A DNA stretch of 64,000 nucleotides from Macrostomum lignano (taxonomy: Eukaryota): positions 372,001 through 436,000 of the forward strand of contig NIVC01000084.1 of the NCBI GenBank assembly GCA_002269645.1, written 5' to 3'. Positions 1-29,596 of the stretch are shown here, piece after piece (within the stretch, counting starts at the first letter, position 1; every line of letters starts with the position of its first letter). Below the pieces are notes generated by a model. It did no database searches and was not told the DNA's origin. It saw only the letters and a list, made by a program, of their open reading frames with translations. A program made the translations under genes and the position numbers.

Positions 1-3805
<3,805 letters not shown>

Positions 3806-3834
3806 CCACTTTACCCCACCTTGCACCCGAGCAG

Positions 3835-5463
3835 ATGCACAATCAGCCAGTCAGGCTTGTGGGCCGATTCATATGAGTGCGTATGCAAGGCTGGTCACTA
3901 CTGGTCGAGAAGCACTCACGATTGCGTTCCCCAGCTGCTGTGCAACCGGCCGCGCGACTCCTCTGAGTATCCCTGTTCGCCACGATACACATTGTACTGC
4001 GAGAGTCGCGTGACCAAAGTTGGAAAGAACGGCACGGAGGCGGAAGCAGAAACTGAGACGATCTGCGTCTGTAAAGAAGGCTACGGCGGCAGTCGTTGTG
4101 AACGTCTGGCCGATCCGTGTACCGATCGGCATCCGTTTTACAGTGTGTCCGGGAACTTCGCATGCGCCACGTATGATGGTAAGTGCGTGTGAAATTTGCT
4201 TTGCCGTATTTTATTAGGCTTCGATGCGTGTGATATGACCATCGGTACATGAAGAAGCTGACACAAATATCGAACACGTGGAAACACGATTTGACGCGAA
4301 TCCTATCTGAATATGAATCCTAGTGAGACATGAATTCTATCACTTTTGAAAGCTTTCATCCATTCCTATAATGTTTCAGGCCTGGGCACTTGTCGTAGGA
4401 GCAAAACAAGTAACTCCATCCCCAATTGGGAGTGCGTCTGCTCGTTTCAACGAGCTCGGGACCTAGCTCTAGTCTACGATAACTGCGCTGCCTATAGGAA
4501 CGTGTGCCTGTCAATGAACTGCATTAATGGATATTTCATTTCGTCGAAAATTGGAAATTTATGCAAGTTCATTGCGTTTTTTTATGTTTATTAGGGTAGA
4601 AAGCAAAGATCTGACTTATGAATGGCTTGATAGAAGTGTCTCTATAGTGGGCTCAGATCATGTGTGTTCGGTGCCTGTGTCTCTGCGGTCATTAGGTATG
4701 TAATTGCACTGGGTGCTTGTGTCTCTGCGGTCATTAGGTGTGTCTTTGCACTCGGTGTCTGTGTCTCTGTGGTCATTAGATGTGTCTGGTCATTAGGTGG
4801 TCATTAGGTGTGTCTTTGCACTCGGTGCCTGTGTCTCTGTGGTCATTAGGTGTGTCTTTGCACTCGGTGTCTGTGTTTCTGCGGTCATTAGGTGTGTTTT
4901 GCACTCGGTGTCTGTGTCTCTGCGGTCATTAGGTGTGTCTTTGCACTGGGTGCCTGTGTCTCTGCGGTTATTAGATGTGTCTGGTTATTAGGTGGTCATT
5001 AGGTGGAAATATGTGCATTTCCACACCTGCTTGCTATTCAGGTCGCTGCAAATGTAACCCTGGCTACAGCGGGCCAACTTGCGCACAATGGACTGGCGTT
5101 TGGAGTCCCTGGTCGCAGTGGGACCGCTGCCGACCGGAGTGCGGCAACGCCGACGGCAACAGGCGTTCGATTTCGCTGCGCAGCTGCATCAACAAACGCG
5201 TGCTGGGCAACGCTACGCCGCACGACTTCTGCGTTGGCGAAGCGCAGCGATGGACGAATTGCGATCCGGCTGCGTGTTGGCTCGGCGGCGACCAGCCGGT
5301 GTCGAAGAGCTTCAGGCTGAGGGGGCATTTCCTGCTTTCCTCGGCTACTTTGGCCTGCGTTCTGGCTGCCGTGAGCGTTGGAGCCACGTTTTTGTTTTGC
5401 CGATATCGGGGATACAATATCGGACCGAGGCCGCCATTCGAGTCCGTTTATCAGCAGGGATGA
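3835..5463 (+). CDS. 3' exons of an EGF-like repeat + thrombospondin type-1 + single TM protein (5' end outside window)
   Basis: Exon 3835-4178 (cag|...|gtaagt) encodes [28 protein letters not shown] (EGF-like). Exon from 4380 (ttcag|) encodes GLGTC..WECVC..NC..C; its donor is uncertain. The last exon (~5042-5463) encodes [12 protein letters not shown], then [14 protein letters not shown] (TSP1 WxxWxxW), a hydrophobic segment [23 protein letters not shown] and a short tail, with stop at 5461-5463. Confidence 0.85.
4660..5000. repeat. Degenerate ~42-bp intronic minisatellite (GTCATTAGGTGTGTCTTTGCACTCGGTGTCTGTGTCTCTGCG)
   Basis: About 6-7 imperfect copies read directly. Confidence 0.85.
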
Positions 5464-5889
5464 GCGCTAGTGCTTGGTGCGTTCCAGTTTGTTCTGATTG
5501 AATCCGTGAACAATTGTACCGCAAGCTCCTACGTTGTTCAATGAAATACTTTGTCCTTACATCCTCAGTTTCGTTGTTAACGAAAAATTCAATTCCATGA
5601 TCCATTTTTGCTAGGGTTTTTTGTTCTTTACTAGAAATATGTTTCTTTACTTGTTGTACTCATAGCACAAACTAACTCATTCAATTTAGTACAAAATCGA
5701 CCACTGCCTATGACCACGCGACCTGCAGCTAAAAAATCTATTACACTATGAAGCATAGCTGTTAAAATCCTACGTTTCAAAGCAAATCTGTTAAATCATT
5801 ATTCCTACAGTTTATGAAATAATTCTATACTTAATGAACTTACTTTATTATCAGTGACTAATAAATCGATTATTTAATACATTACACAA

Positions 5890-6501
<612 letters not shown>

Positions 6502-7802
6502 CATTGCTTGTTGAGTAACGGTATTTCACTGACCTAAATGGCCTATATGTTGGCCAGAGAAAAGCTCCATCGCACAGCCCTCTCAAAGGTTGCCATTGAC
6601 TGCCACTCGTAGACCTGCCAAATTTCAGACAGCAAACTCAATGCAGAATTTGCATTGCAGCAGAAGAAAGAAAAGCAAGAGAAGAGAGCATCTCAACTTC
6701 CTTTTCCCGCGCATAGTGTAACAATACGTCTCCGCAAACTGCGCGATGGAACTTGATGAATGAATGAGTGCTGCGTCTCTGCCTATCCCGAAGCTGTGGC
6801 AGTCGCTTTGAGCTGAGGTTCATTTCATCCCCAATTTATTTATATGGATAGGCAAAAAATACTCAGCTTTAGGAGTTTGAAAGAAACTAGTCCAGTAAGT
6901 CGACGTCATGTCGGAGATTCGGTCTCCCAATGCCAGGTTTACTGACGTTAGACTCCCTCCACTTTTGCCAACCTACACGCTACATGTAAGAAATATGTGT
7001 TTGTTTGATTTATTGTATATACATGTAATGGTTACAGCCATTGCGCTGCAATCGCATTATTCCTCATACGACATATATATGGCTTTATGACATCTATATG
7101 GCTTTATGAATCACAGAACAACAGAGAATCTATGCGTTTTGTCCGAGGACGCTAAAACTATAACAGTCGTATTTTTTACGGTTTGATGTGAGCGTATGTC
7201 ATGTATGTTTGTTTTAATGAGGTTTCCTTATAGACGAAAGTTATTTTAGTTCGGAAAACTAAAAACGGAAAGTTTTTCGCCTGGCTTATTGTTTCAAATG
7301 TAAAAAAATTCTCCTCGCATACCGAACCACGCGTAGAGAGTCTCAACACAGCTAGAGTACGCCAGCCTATGCCAGCGCTACCCAACTCGACTTAAGTTGC
7401 GCGAGAGACCCCAGGACCGACCTGCAGCCAGTACTGCCTACTCTACGAAGACGCGCACTACCAAGACGACAGAAGTAGATAGTAGACACTCGCCAAGGCG
7501 ATCAAGATTGCGTATAATAACGCCCGTAGTCGAAAGTACGTGTGGAAACGAAGCCTACCGAGGGAAGAGTAGCAGCAGAAGCAGTAGTAGCGGTAGCAGA
7601 TGCGATAGCACCAACGACCTGAGGGAGGACAGCTCCTCAGGAGCCGAAATGGACAAGGGGACCGGAAAGTCAAGAAAACGACGGCGTTTGAAGCCTTGGC
7701 GACTATGCAAACTGCTTCGGGGCTGCGGACTAGGCGATCCTCGAGCAGCCGGGTCTTCTCAGTCTGCGTCTTTGTCTAATTCGCTCTATTGCCACCGGGT
7801 TC

Positions 7803-7816
7803 GTTTCCATGACAAC
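7803..7816. promoter_or_regulatory. RFX X-box-like palindrome GTTTCCATGACAAC in a CpG-rich segment, a candidate promoter or first exon of the FERM gene
   Basis: Close match to the GTNNCCATRGNAAC consensus, immediately followed by a possible donor ACCG|GTAATT. Function is inferred. Confidence 0.35.
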
Positions 7817-9921
7817 ACCGGTAATTGCCTGTCGCGACGCTTTGCGAATCGCGATTTAATTTTTACCGCTTCTAGATCCGCTGCATTGAGGCGTAAAGAA
7901 ATTATGGATGCCAACAGTACTGCTATTGGTCAGGCCACTGTTACTGAGTGTGAGGCATCATGGATTGACGATACTTTTTAGCAGTCAATTAGCTGGATTA
8001 TGACGTAAAAACTTTTTAGCATTAATTTTATAGCAATTAATCGTACTATCCTTTCAAAGGAAATATTGATTATAAATTATATATCTTTCGATACGATCGT
8101 AAAATATAATGAGTAAGACTCAAATACTTAAGGCTAATTTTCCCTTTTGACAGATTTTTAGAAGCCTTCATAGCAAAATTCGTCGAGAAGCTCTACATTA
8201 TTATCTGTTTGTACATTTTGCACGTGTATTCCACACACTTTAAACAGTGTACAGTGTATTTTACGCATAACAATTGCATTGCACAGTGATTTTTTGTTAG
8301 GTACGTTAAAGGTCCTGAGATAAAATAGGTAAATTTAAATAAAAAACAATCGATGAAAGTCTCCAAGTTTCCCATAATCATTTCTCATAAAAGGTTTTTG
8401 AAATTGTCAATAATTTGCAATAATTAATTCAATTGCTGCAGAATCTGCCCTCCTAAAAACTGACTGCAAGCGTAAATTTTATATTTGCATCCGTGAAGGC
8501 CAGAAGAACAATTCTTCAATTAGCCTTTTCTGAGATTTTTATGAAATAACCGTGGGTAAGAAATTGAAAATGAAGTGAATATGAATTCTATTTACATGTA
8601 AGTCCGTTAGTTTAAAACAGGTACACTGGACTAACTAATGCATGATCATACGTGCATACTACTGCTAGGAAGCCTATTGTTGTAATTACATAATCAGAGT
8701 GTAACGAGCCGCGGTAGTAAAAATAGTCGCGTAAAATCTTATTTGATTTTTCGTCCTCGCTTTAAGATAAAACAAAACGGTTTTGCGCTAGAAAAAATGC
8801 TGCTTTAAAATACCCTCAAAGTCAGACCTTATTTACAGAAATTTTTTTTAAAACGGTTTTTAATAAACTTTAAAACAGCTATTTTTTAAATTTGTTTAGC
8901 GGCTATGTAGCCCAGAAATGTTACATTTTTAACTTGTAATTTGTCCTTAGAAATGAATGCATGTGGGCCCCATGTTCCGTCTACGAGCGTACAGTGGTTA
9001 AAAAAACGATAAATTAGCATAATCTTACAAAACTCCTCCCTCGTCAGGTTCGTTTTTATAGTATAAAATCACTGTATTATACAAATGTTTATTAGAATTA
9101 CTATATTATGAAACCAGTCCTGACAAGAGTGTAAATGGTTAATTGGTGGATGGTGATGAATTCAATATTTTTTATTGAATCAAAACTTAGAAATTGGGCC
9201 AATCTATATAAAAGGAGAAATGATATAATTACAACTTTCTATTAAGACAATCTGATTTTTTACTTTTTTAAATTGAAGGCCAAGAAAAGCTATAGTTATA
9301 CAAATTTTACATTATAATAATTTATTTACAGCCATATTTAACTATAGTTTTGCCTGTAGAAAAAATTTCTAAAAATTTAAATGGCTAATTTTATTTTATT
9401 CTGTCATTTATTTTTTCTTTTGCCAAACATTCTTTATACTTCCCCTGCAATCTAGTGCATTTTGTATTTAAATAAAATATACAATAATTTGATTATGTTG
9501 CTTAATAAAATTATACTTTAATATAGGACTAAATTTCTCACAATATTTAAAAAAAATATTGTTTTTATATTCCTAAAAAATTTTAATGCATATACATATT
9601 GTTAGCTTATCCTTTCAGTTAAGTTATAAATACAAAAAACTATATTTAAGATATATACTAAGAGTTCAGCCCAATGCCTCTTATCAATCAATCAATGTAC
9701 ACAATATTTTATGCAAACAAATTAATTTTCAACTATTTTACTCCAAAAATATACCTAATTGTTTCAAATATCTATTTCCTTGCTAATTCATAAGCAATCA
9801 GAAGATGAGAAGAATTTTACTCAGACTTAAAATTTTCCTGACTAATATATTAAAAAAACCTACTTTCAGCATCTGACAGCAAAGTTGCAGTCTAATTTTT
9901 ATATTCCTTCTTCGAGCTCAA

Positions 9922-22744
<12,823 letters not shown>

Positions 22745-24177
22745 ATGAATTCTTTCCATATATTTTTGCGACAATTGTACCTATTTATCGACAAAAAGCC
22801 ATCGAGCCATATGTTTGTAATGAGTCCTTAAACTTTAGTTGGGGTCAACTAGTTCTATTTGTTTAATTATTTTATTAATTTGCTCAATACGATACGAAGT
22901 GTGGAGAAGTTTCGAAAAATTTAACGACTTTTCTAGCCGAGCAGAAACTGATTCTTGATTTATTCTTTCACTATTTTCATAGAGATATACATATATTTTT
23001 TAACCTTTCAATATTTTCCTTACTATATAATTTTGAGCGAGAGTTCTGAGCTTACTTAGTAAGATCATTCTGAATTGTGTAGTTACCCAACCTATCTCAT
23101 GGTAAAATTTGCACAGCTTAGGTGACAAATCAATTGATAAAAACGTGGGGAATGCTTTTTTTAAGCAAAATGGAGGGACAAATGAATGTCAATCTAAAAC
23201 TCGTCTCTTTCATTAGATAGCACACTCGGTAATTTCTTTCTTATTTTTAACTATATCCATGTACCATAAAACTTTTGGGTTTCATACGAACCTCTATCAT
23301 TTTCTACTTTTTGGTGTCGGATAAAACTATAGAAAACCAAAGCAGTTTATTTTTTTGCTTCGCGCTGCTCTGCTTCTATTCGCTCAAAGCGAGGTTTTTT
23401 ATTGTGTTCGCGATTGGTATTTCGTTTCTCAAAGCCGGGGCCACATCACCTGCACAGCAACGGCAGTTTATAAGCACCAGGTACGTATTTTTTGAATATT
23501 GGAAAACTCACTTTACTCAATGTAAAAATTAGTGTCGTTTAAAAAACTTAATGTTTAAATGGGCTTCTCTCTCGTTGTGGAAAATGTTCGCGTGAACCAA
23601 AAAGAGAAACAAAAAAAAACCGGAAAAAGTTGGATTCGGATTTCGTGTAGTTAATTTTATCATTAGTAAGATTGGAGAGGGTGATTGTACCCATCAGTAC
23701 TAGATTTTTGCATTAATTGCCTCGTTGTTTGCGCGCAGTCTGTTGTTGGTTTAAGGCTTAATTTCGCTATTTATAACAAATCTATGAAACCGGAATTTCC
23801 GGCTTTGTGATGCGTTGAAAATTCGCTGTATCGACCTGGATGCTTTTGTTGCTGAATTTTGAATAAAATTTTAGTTTTAATTCTTTCGAAAATGGCATGC
23901 AAAGCATTATTTATCATGTGTTCAAATCATTTGTTTCCTCTTATTCATGGTACTTCCTAAATTTTTTCAGCAAAGTTGTATTTGTTGTTTTATGTAATGC
24001 TATAAATCCTAAAAAAATTCTGCACTGTGATATATGATGTATATTAGTAAGCAATATATTTATGTAACCAAGTAATTAATATTACGAGCGTACTTCGTGC
24101 TAATAATAATATTAGGTAATTTAAAATTACCCTGTATTTTACACTTATTGTACTATACACACTGTACATGTGTCAAG

Positions 24178-24721
24178 CAAGGACGACTTAAGTAGAAGGA
24201 CGGGAAAGCTCGTTTCTTGGAAAATTTTGGAAGGCAGGCTTTCCCGAAAAAATACAGTACGGAGATAGGAAGTTTTCATTTTCAGCACATGAATTGCTAT
24301 TGCTTTTGATAGGAGGCAGATCCAGTGTTCATCTTTTGATATGCTGTGCCTTTCTTATTGCTCTATCGATATTCATGGAGCTTTTCGTTCATTTTTATTC
24401 TACATACATTTGCACGTGTCTTGTGCCTAAAAACGATTAAAATGGCACAGCTAGGCTCTTGGTTTTATGAGTCTATTTAATCATTCTTAGCTGACTGTGT
24501 AACAAATATTTGCAACAAAGATGATAAAATAAGATTCATAAAACCAAAGCTTCGAGCTGTGTCATGTATTTTTAGGTGATCCTATCAAAAGCAATAGCAA
24601 TTTTTGTGCTGACAAAATGAAAACTTCCTATCTCCGTAGTGTATTTTTTTCGGGAAAGCCTGCCTTTTGAAATTTTCTAAGAAACGAGAGGTTTCCCGTC
24701 CTTCTACTTAAGTCGTCCTTG
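24178..24721. mobile_element. Non-autonomous TIR (foldback) element, P-superfamily-like; ~135-bp inverted arms starting CAAGGACGACTTAAG; 8-bp TSD GTGTCAAG/GTATCAAG (7/8 match)
   Basis: 24178-24314 is the reverse complement of about 24577-24721. The flanking 8-mers at 24170-24177 and 24722-24729 differ at one base. Confidence 0.75.
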
Positions 24722-25594
24722 GTATCAAGGACTACTAGACTATAACGAAGTGTTCCTAGTGGTCCTTGACATGTATGCTGTTCACTAGATATAATTTGAT
24801 ATGATGTACTTTTATGCATACAAGTAAAGGCAGATAAAATATCGTTATGATTTATTTAGATATATTTTTACAATAAAGCAGCACTAAATTGGACATTTAA
24901 AGTAAAAACTGTTTTAGATATATGTATACAACCCATTCTGTTCCCGTATTTGGCTGTTGTTCTGATTTATTTTATATACAAAACAAATTTAAAATCAGTT
25001 ATTTGTTTATCTAGAATCTCATTTTTCAGAATATATTTTATCAAGCAGATTTTAAAGCGTTTTAACTTCGATTCGTGATTAAAATTAAAACAAAACCGTT
25101 TAGTTTGTTTTATCAAACGGTGTCAGTAATTTAGCTATATCATTTGCATAAAATTCGCTTTGCAATTTTGTTTTATCAATTGATCGTAATGCTGTTTTAT
25201 TATTAATATTATTTCTAGTTATTCCATCAACAGTTGCTTCTTGCCTTTGGGAAGAAATTAGCTAGCTCGTACTTTGCAAATAAGAAATAATGTATTTTGT
25301 TATAATCTTACAATGGCTTTTCGCTTTAAACCAAAGTAACGAACAGAAAAGTTTTGTCATAAAATTGATAGCGAATGCGTCTTTTAGCTGCCACGCTACG
25401 GTGGGGGCATCCGGTTTAAAAAAACAAATATATAATTAATTTTCAAGCACGGACATTCGTTATATATAGCTACTGGTTTTGGCGTGGATTCAAATTTCCG
25501 GCTTATAATGCTTTTTGTGTGACTTTCATTTTGAACCCGTCTACTTTAAGTACACGTGTATCTATGAATTCGCAGTGAAGGTAGGGGGTAGATT

Positions 25595-25920
25595 AGGCAA
25601 ACGAGGGTAGATTAGGCAAAAGGGGGTAGATTAGGCAAACGAGGGTGGATTAGGCAAACGAGGGTAGATTAGGCAAACGAGGGTAGATTAGGCAAACGAG
25701 GGTAGATTAGGCAAATGGTTGTAGAGAAGCAAACGAGGGTAGATTAAGCAAACGAGGATAGATTAGGCAAACGAGGGTAGATTAGGCAAACGAGGGTAGA
25801 TTAGGCAAATGGTTGTAGAGAAGCAAACGAGGGTAGATTAGGCAAACGAGGGTAGATTAGGCAAACGAGGGTAGATTAGGCAAACGAGGGTAGATTAGGC
25901 AAACGAGGGTAGATTAGGCA
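25595..25920. repeat. 19-bp minisatellite (GAGGGTAGATTAGGCAAAC)
   Basis: Direct reading. Confidence 0.95.
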
Positions 25921-26896
25921 GTGGAGGTAAAATAAACAGCAGAAGTAGATCCGAAGTTGATATAGTTGTGAGGTAGAGTACAAGCAGTTGTACGTCTTGC
26001 TGGCAAAATGAGCATACGCTTATTCGGACTAATGGATCTGCATTGCTTAGCAGGACAGTCTTCATTCCCAATGGGCACCTCATGCCTGCTGAGCCGCTGT
26101 AAGAAGTTTAGAATATAAGCTTATACAATTGCATACACTTCGCATTTGGATTGGGACTTGAAGACGTCTTGATCGATGGGCCTGCATGGTGTGCGAAGGC
26201 AAACAAGAAAAGAAAGTTTTTTACGCACGCCAAGCTGCTGACTGAAGCTCGAGTCCGTTTTTAAGTACATTTATAATGTACAAATTAATGAGGGCTTAAC
26301 ACTCGGCACTCATACATGACCTGAAGTTGATTAGGAATAGGATTGGACGCAGAAGAAATGAGAGGAAGATCTTTATAGGAACTGATTTTACAAAGTCGAA
26401 TTCCGCATTCCGGGTGGTCGATAATTTGCTAATTGGATAGTCATGTCGCTTTGATTGAGCTGCAGCCTCATTATGGATTTGAGATGGCTTCATAGTGAAC
26501 TCTATAAATCTGCAGTCGGGTGCAACTTCAACGATTGATAAACTCGCGCATAATAAACGTTGGTTGACTATAGCTGGTGTGAGTTGTCACACGATGAAGG
26601 GGCCAGCTCCATATGGTCTATGCAGTTATTTCAGAAGGAAATGAGGAATCCATCAACCAAATTGGATTTTCAACCCCTTTCACTGTCTCTTGGGCGCTTC
26701 AGCTTTATACTGAATCAGCAATTCACTTTTAGAATAGAGTGACGCAGCAGTGAAGCAACCTTATCCAATTTAAACGATTGCTTTTAGACAAAAGGTTACA
26801 TGGAGAACTAGAACTATAGGCATCTGGAGTAGCGACTAGGACTGGCTGCTGCAGGGTTGTGAGCTCCCTTCGGTGACATCCGTCCCACAATCAGCG

Positions 26897-27118
<222 letters not shown>

Positions 27119-27119
27119 A

Positions 27120-27480
27120 TTTTTTTTTATTAGAGGCAGGGGGTTGTGTGCACCCTGGCGCACTTTAAGCGACATAGGCACACAACCGGCGAGAGGCATT
27201 ACTGCCCATTCCGCCGACTCCCCTGAGCAGGCACACAAGCGCGCGGATACGTACGCAGGCACACACTCACACAGGAGTGTACAGCGGCCCTAACTTTATT
27301 TTATCGTTAGGCATGTACACTTCACTGCGCCTTGGGGGTTGGCTCTCAAGGCCGTTAATTACACGAGCAGAGCCAAGCCGAGATTCCAATTCAGCCCCAA
27401 ATTAATGTGACTGCACTTGGAATCGAGCCTGGGTCGCTGGCACACCAGAGCAGCTGCGCTACCGCTGGGCTACGGCCCCC
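27120..27480 (-). mobile_element. tRNA-derived SINE, apparently full length
   Basis: The minus strand begins GGGGCCGTAGCCCAGCGGTAGCG (A box) ... GGCTCGATTCC (B box), has a central core GCCAACCCCCAAGGCGCAGTGAAGTGTACATGCCT, and ends AATAAAAAAAAA. Confidence 0.8.
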
Positions 27481-28064
27481 CTAACTTAAAAAAAAACTAA
27501 GTAAGTAACTGACTAACTAACTAACTAACCAACTATCTAAGTAAGGAAATAACTAACTAAGTAACTAACTAACTAACTATCTAACTAACTAACTATAAGA
27601 AACTAACTAATTAACTGACTCTGTAGAATTTTGTGGAGTAAATCTCAGTTACTAGAGTTTGTATTGATACAAAAACACGATTACTTGTTTGCTTTGGGCT
27701 TCAGAATTTTGGCTGTGCCTACACTGCCGGCAGAATACTCACTGTATCAATAAAATCTGAGCAGACTCAGCGCTGTGCCTCGTACTCGCAGATAGTCTCA
27801 GTGCCAATTGTATGTTGTCAATGTAAACAATACATTTTGGCCAGCTATTTTAGTAGTTATAATTATCATTGGAAAGGCATGGATGGAGTTTTTGTGCTCA
27901 TTCGCGCGCGCAGACATCTATGAGAATCAGTTATAGTTTGGGATATCTAGAGAGCATCTATAGGTCATCTGGATACGAATAGCTTCATCGGAATCTGTAT
28001 AAAAATGTAGCATAGATAATCTACATCGACATTTGCTAAGTCATCTATAACTTAAGCATCTACA

Positions 28065-28525
28065 GATATATCTACAGAGATATCTACAGGGGATATCTAC
28101 AGAGATATCTACAGGGGATATCTACAGAGATATCTACATGATGTCTACAGGGATGACTACAGGGATATCTACAGTGATATCTACTGGGATATCTACAGAA
28201 ATATCTACAGGGCTATCTACAGAAATATATGCAGGGATATCTACAGAAATATATGCAGGGATATCTACAGAAATATCTACAGGGCTATCTACAGAAATAT
28301 ATGCAGGGATATCTACAGAAATATATGCAGGGATATCTACAGAAATATCTACAGGGCTATCTACAGAAATATCTGCAGGGATGTCTACAGAAACACCTGC
28401 AGGGATATCTACAGGGATATCTACAGAAATATCTGCAGGGATGTCTACAGAAACATCTGCAGGGATATCTACAGGGATATCTACAGAAATATCTGCAGGG
28501 ATATCTACAGGCATGTCTACAGGGA
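28065..28525. repeat. 12-bp-based minisatellite (ATATCTACAG[AG/GG]N) with higher-order units
   Basis: Direct reading. Confidence 0.93.
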
Positions 28526-28857
28526 TGGCAACCACTCAACTGAAAGTCTCCTAAAATCCACAGGTATGTCAACAGAATTTCTATACACTCTGTAACAGCG
28601 GCAGTTGACAGCATCAAACTTGGTGCAGTTGGTAAAAACCTGAGAATTTCTTATAGCTCAAAGCACTCTGCTCTTAAATATCTGGGAAAAATTGCTAGCA
28701 AATTTACAAGCTCCTTGCAAAAGCAATCTTTACAATCACCTTGCTTCTCCTCTCTGCTCCCTGGAAGGGGGGCTCATGCAGAAAGCTGTTTTTAATCGAT
28801 TTCGTATTTTATGACGGGTTCAGTTATATATTTTATGGCCTAGCCAAGGTCTCGAAG

Positions 28858-29160
28858 CAGAGGCAGCTCAGATCGGTGAACGCGTCTGATTTTCTCGTCA
28901 CGACCCCTGGGTTCGAATCTGTGCGCCCTGCTACAATACATTAATTTGAGGCTTGCATGTGCACTAAACATTGTCCAATGGGTTGTCGATCTACACCCAT
29001 GAGGGGCCAGCCCCCAAGGCACAGAAAGTGTACGTGTCTGACCGATTGAACAGTCAGGGCTGCTGTACACCCTGTGTGAGCGTGTTGAACGAGTGCGTTC
29101 CCTCGTGCAGAGCTGGTTGTAGGCCCGATGTCGCCGGGGATCCCGCAGTCCTTCTCCTGC
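28858..29160 (+). mobile_element. Second, diverged tRNA-derived SINE of the same core family
   Basis: A box GCAGCTCAGATCGG, B box GGGTTCGAATC, core GCCAGCCCCCAAGGCACAGAAAGTGTACGTGTCT...GGGCTGCTGTACACCCTGTGTGAG shared with the 27120-27480 copy. Confidence 0.7.
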
Positions 29161-29596
29161 AATTATTTTTCTAATTGACAAGTCTAAAATGCAATTTAGC
29201 CCGCAGGCTAGTGTGATTTTCGTTGTACACGCCGTTTTTTGTGGTTTCCGCTGCTCTCTCAGCGCCCACATCTCTTCCCGGGACACCGCATCCCTGATAT
29301 CTGCCAGGCCGATGGATGATCTTGCTCTTCTTTGCTTCTCGGCCCTCAGGAAGGGAAAAAGGCTGGGGAAAAAAGCTCATTAATTATTCATGAATCGATA
29401 GCCAGGCCGAACGTTAAATTAAAGCGAACGAGAGACAAAGCAGAGATAGGCCTGGGCAGTGTTTTTGTTGCTTCTCTCTTTTGCAGTCGGCTTTTTTTCT
29501 GGCGCCGCCTGTTGCGACCGAAGACTACCGCAGTCGAGTGTCTGGACTGGAAGGATGTTAATCAGCCGCAAATACTGAATTACTACTTAACTTAGC

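Noticed and set aside
6629-6760. Possible alternative last exon of the EGF-TSP1 gene (ttcag|DSKLNAEFALQQKKEK...)
   Set aside because: I found no phase-compatible donor in the upstream terminal exon.
7397-7981. Stand-alone 194-aa protein gene
   Set aside because: Starts at TTG, is low complexity and has no recognisable domain; better explained as a CpG-rich promoter or 5' exon.
27400-27480. tRNA gene (also 28858-28925)
   Set aside because: A and B boxes are present, but there is no complete cloverleaf and the sequence continues into a shared SINE core and A-rich tail.
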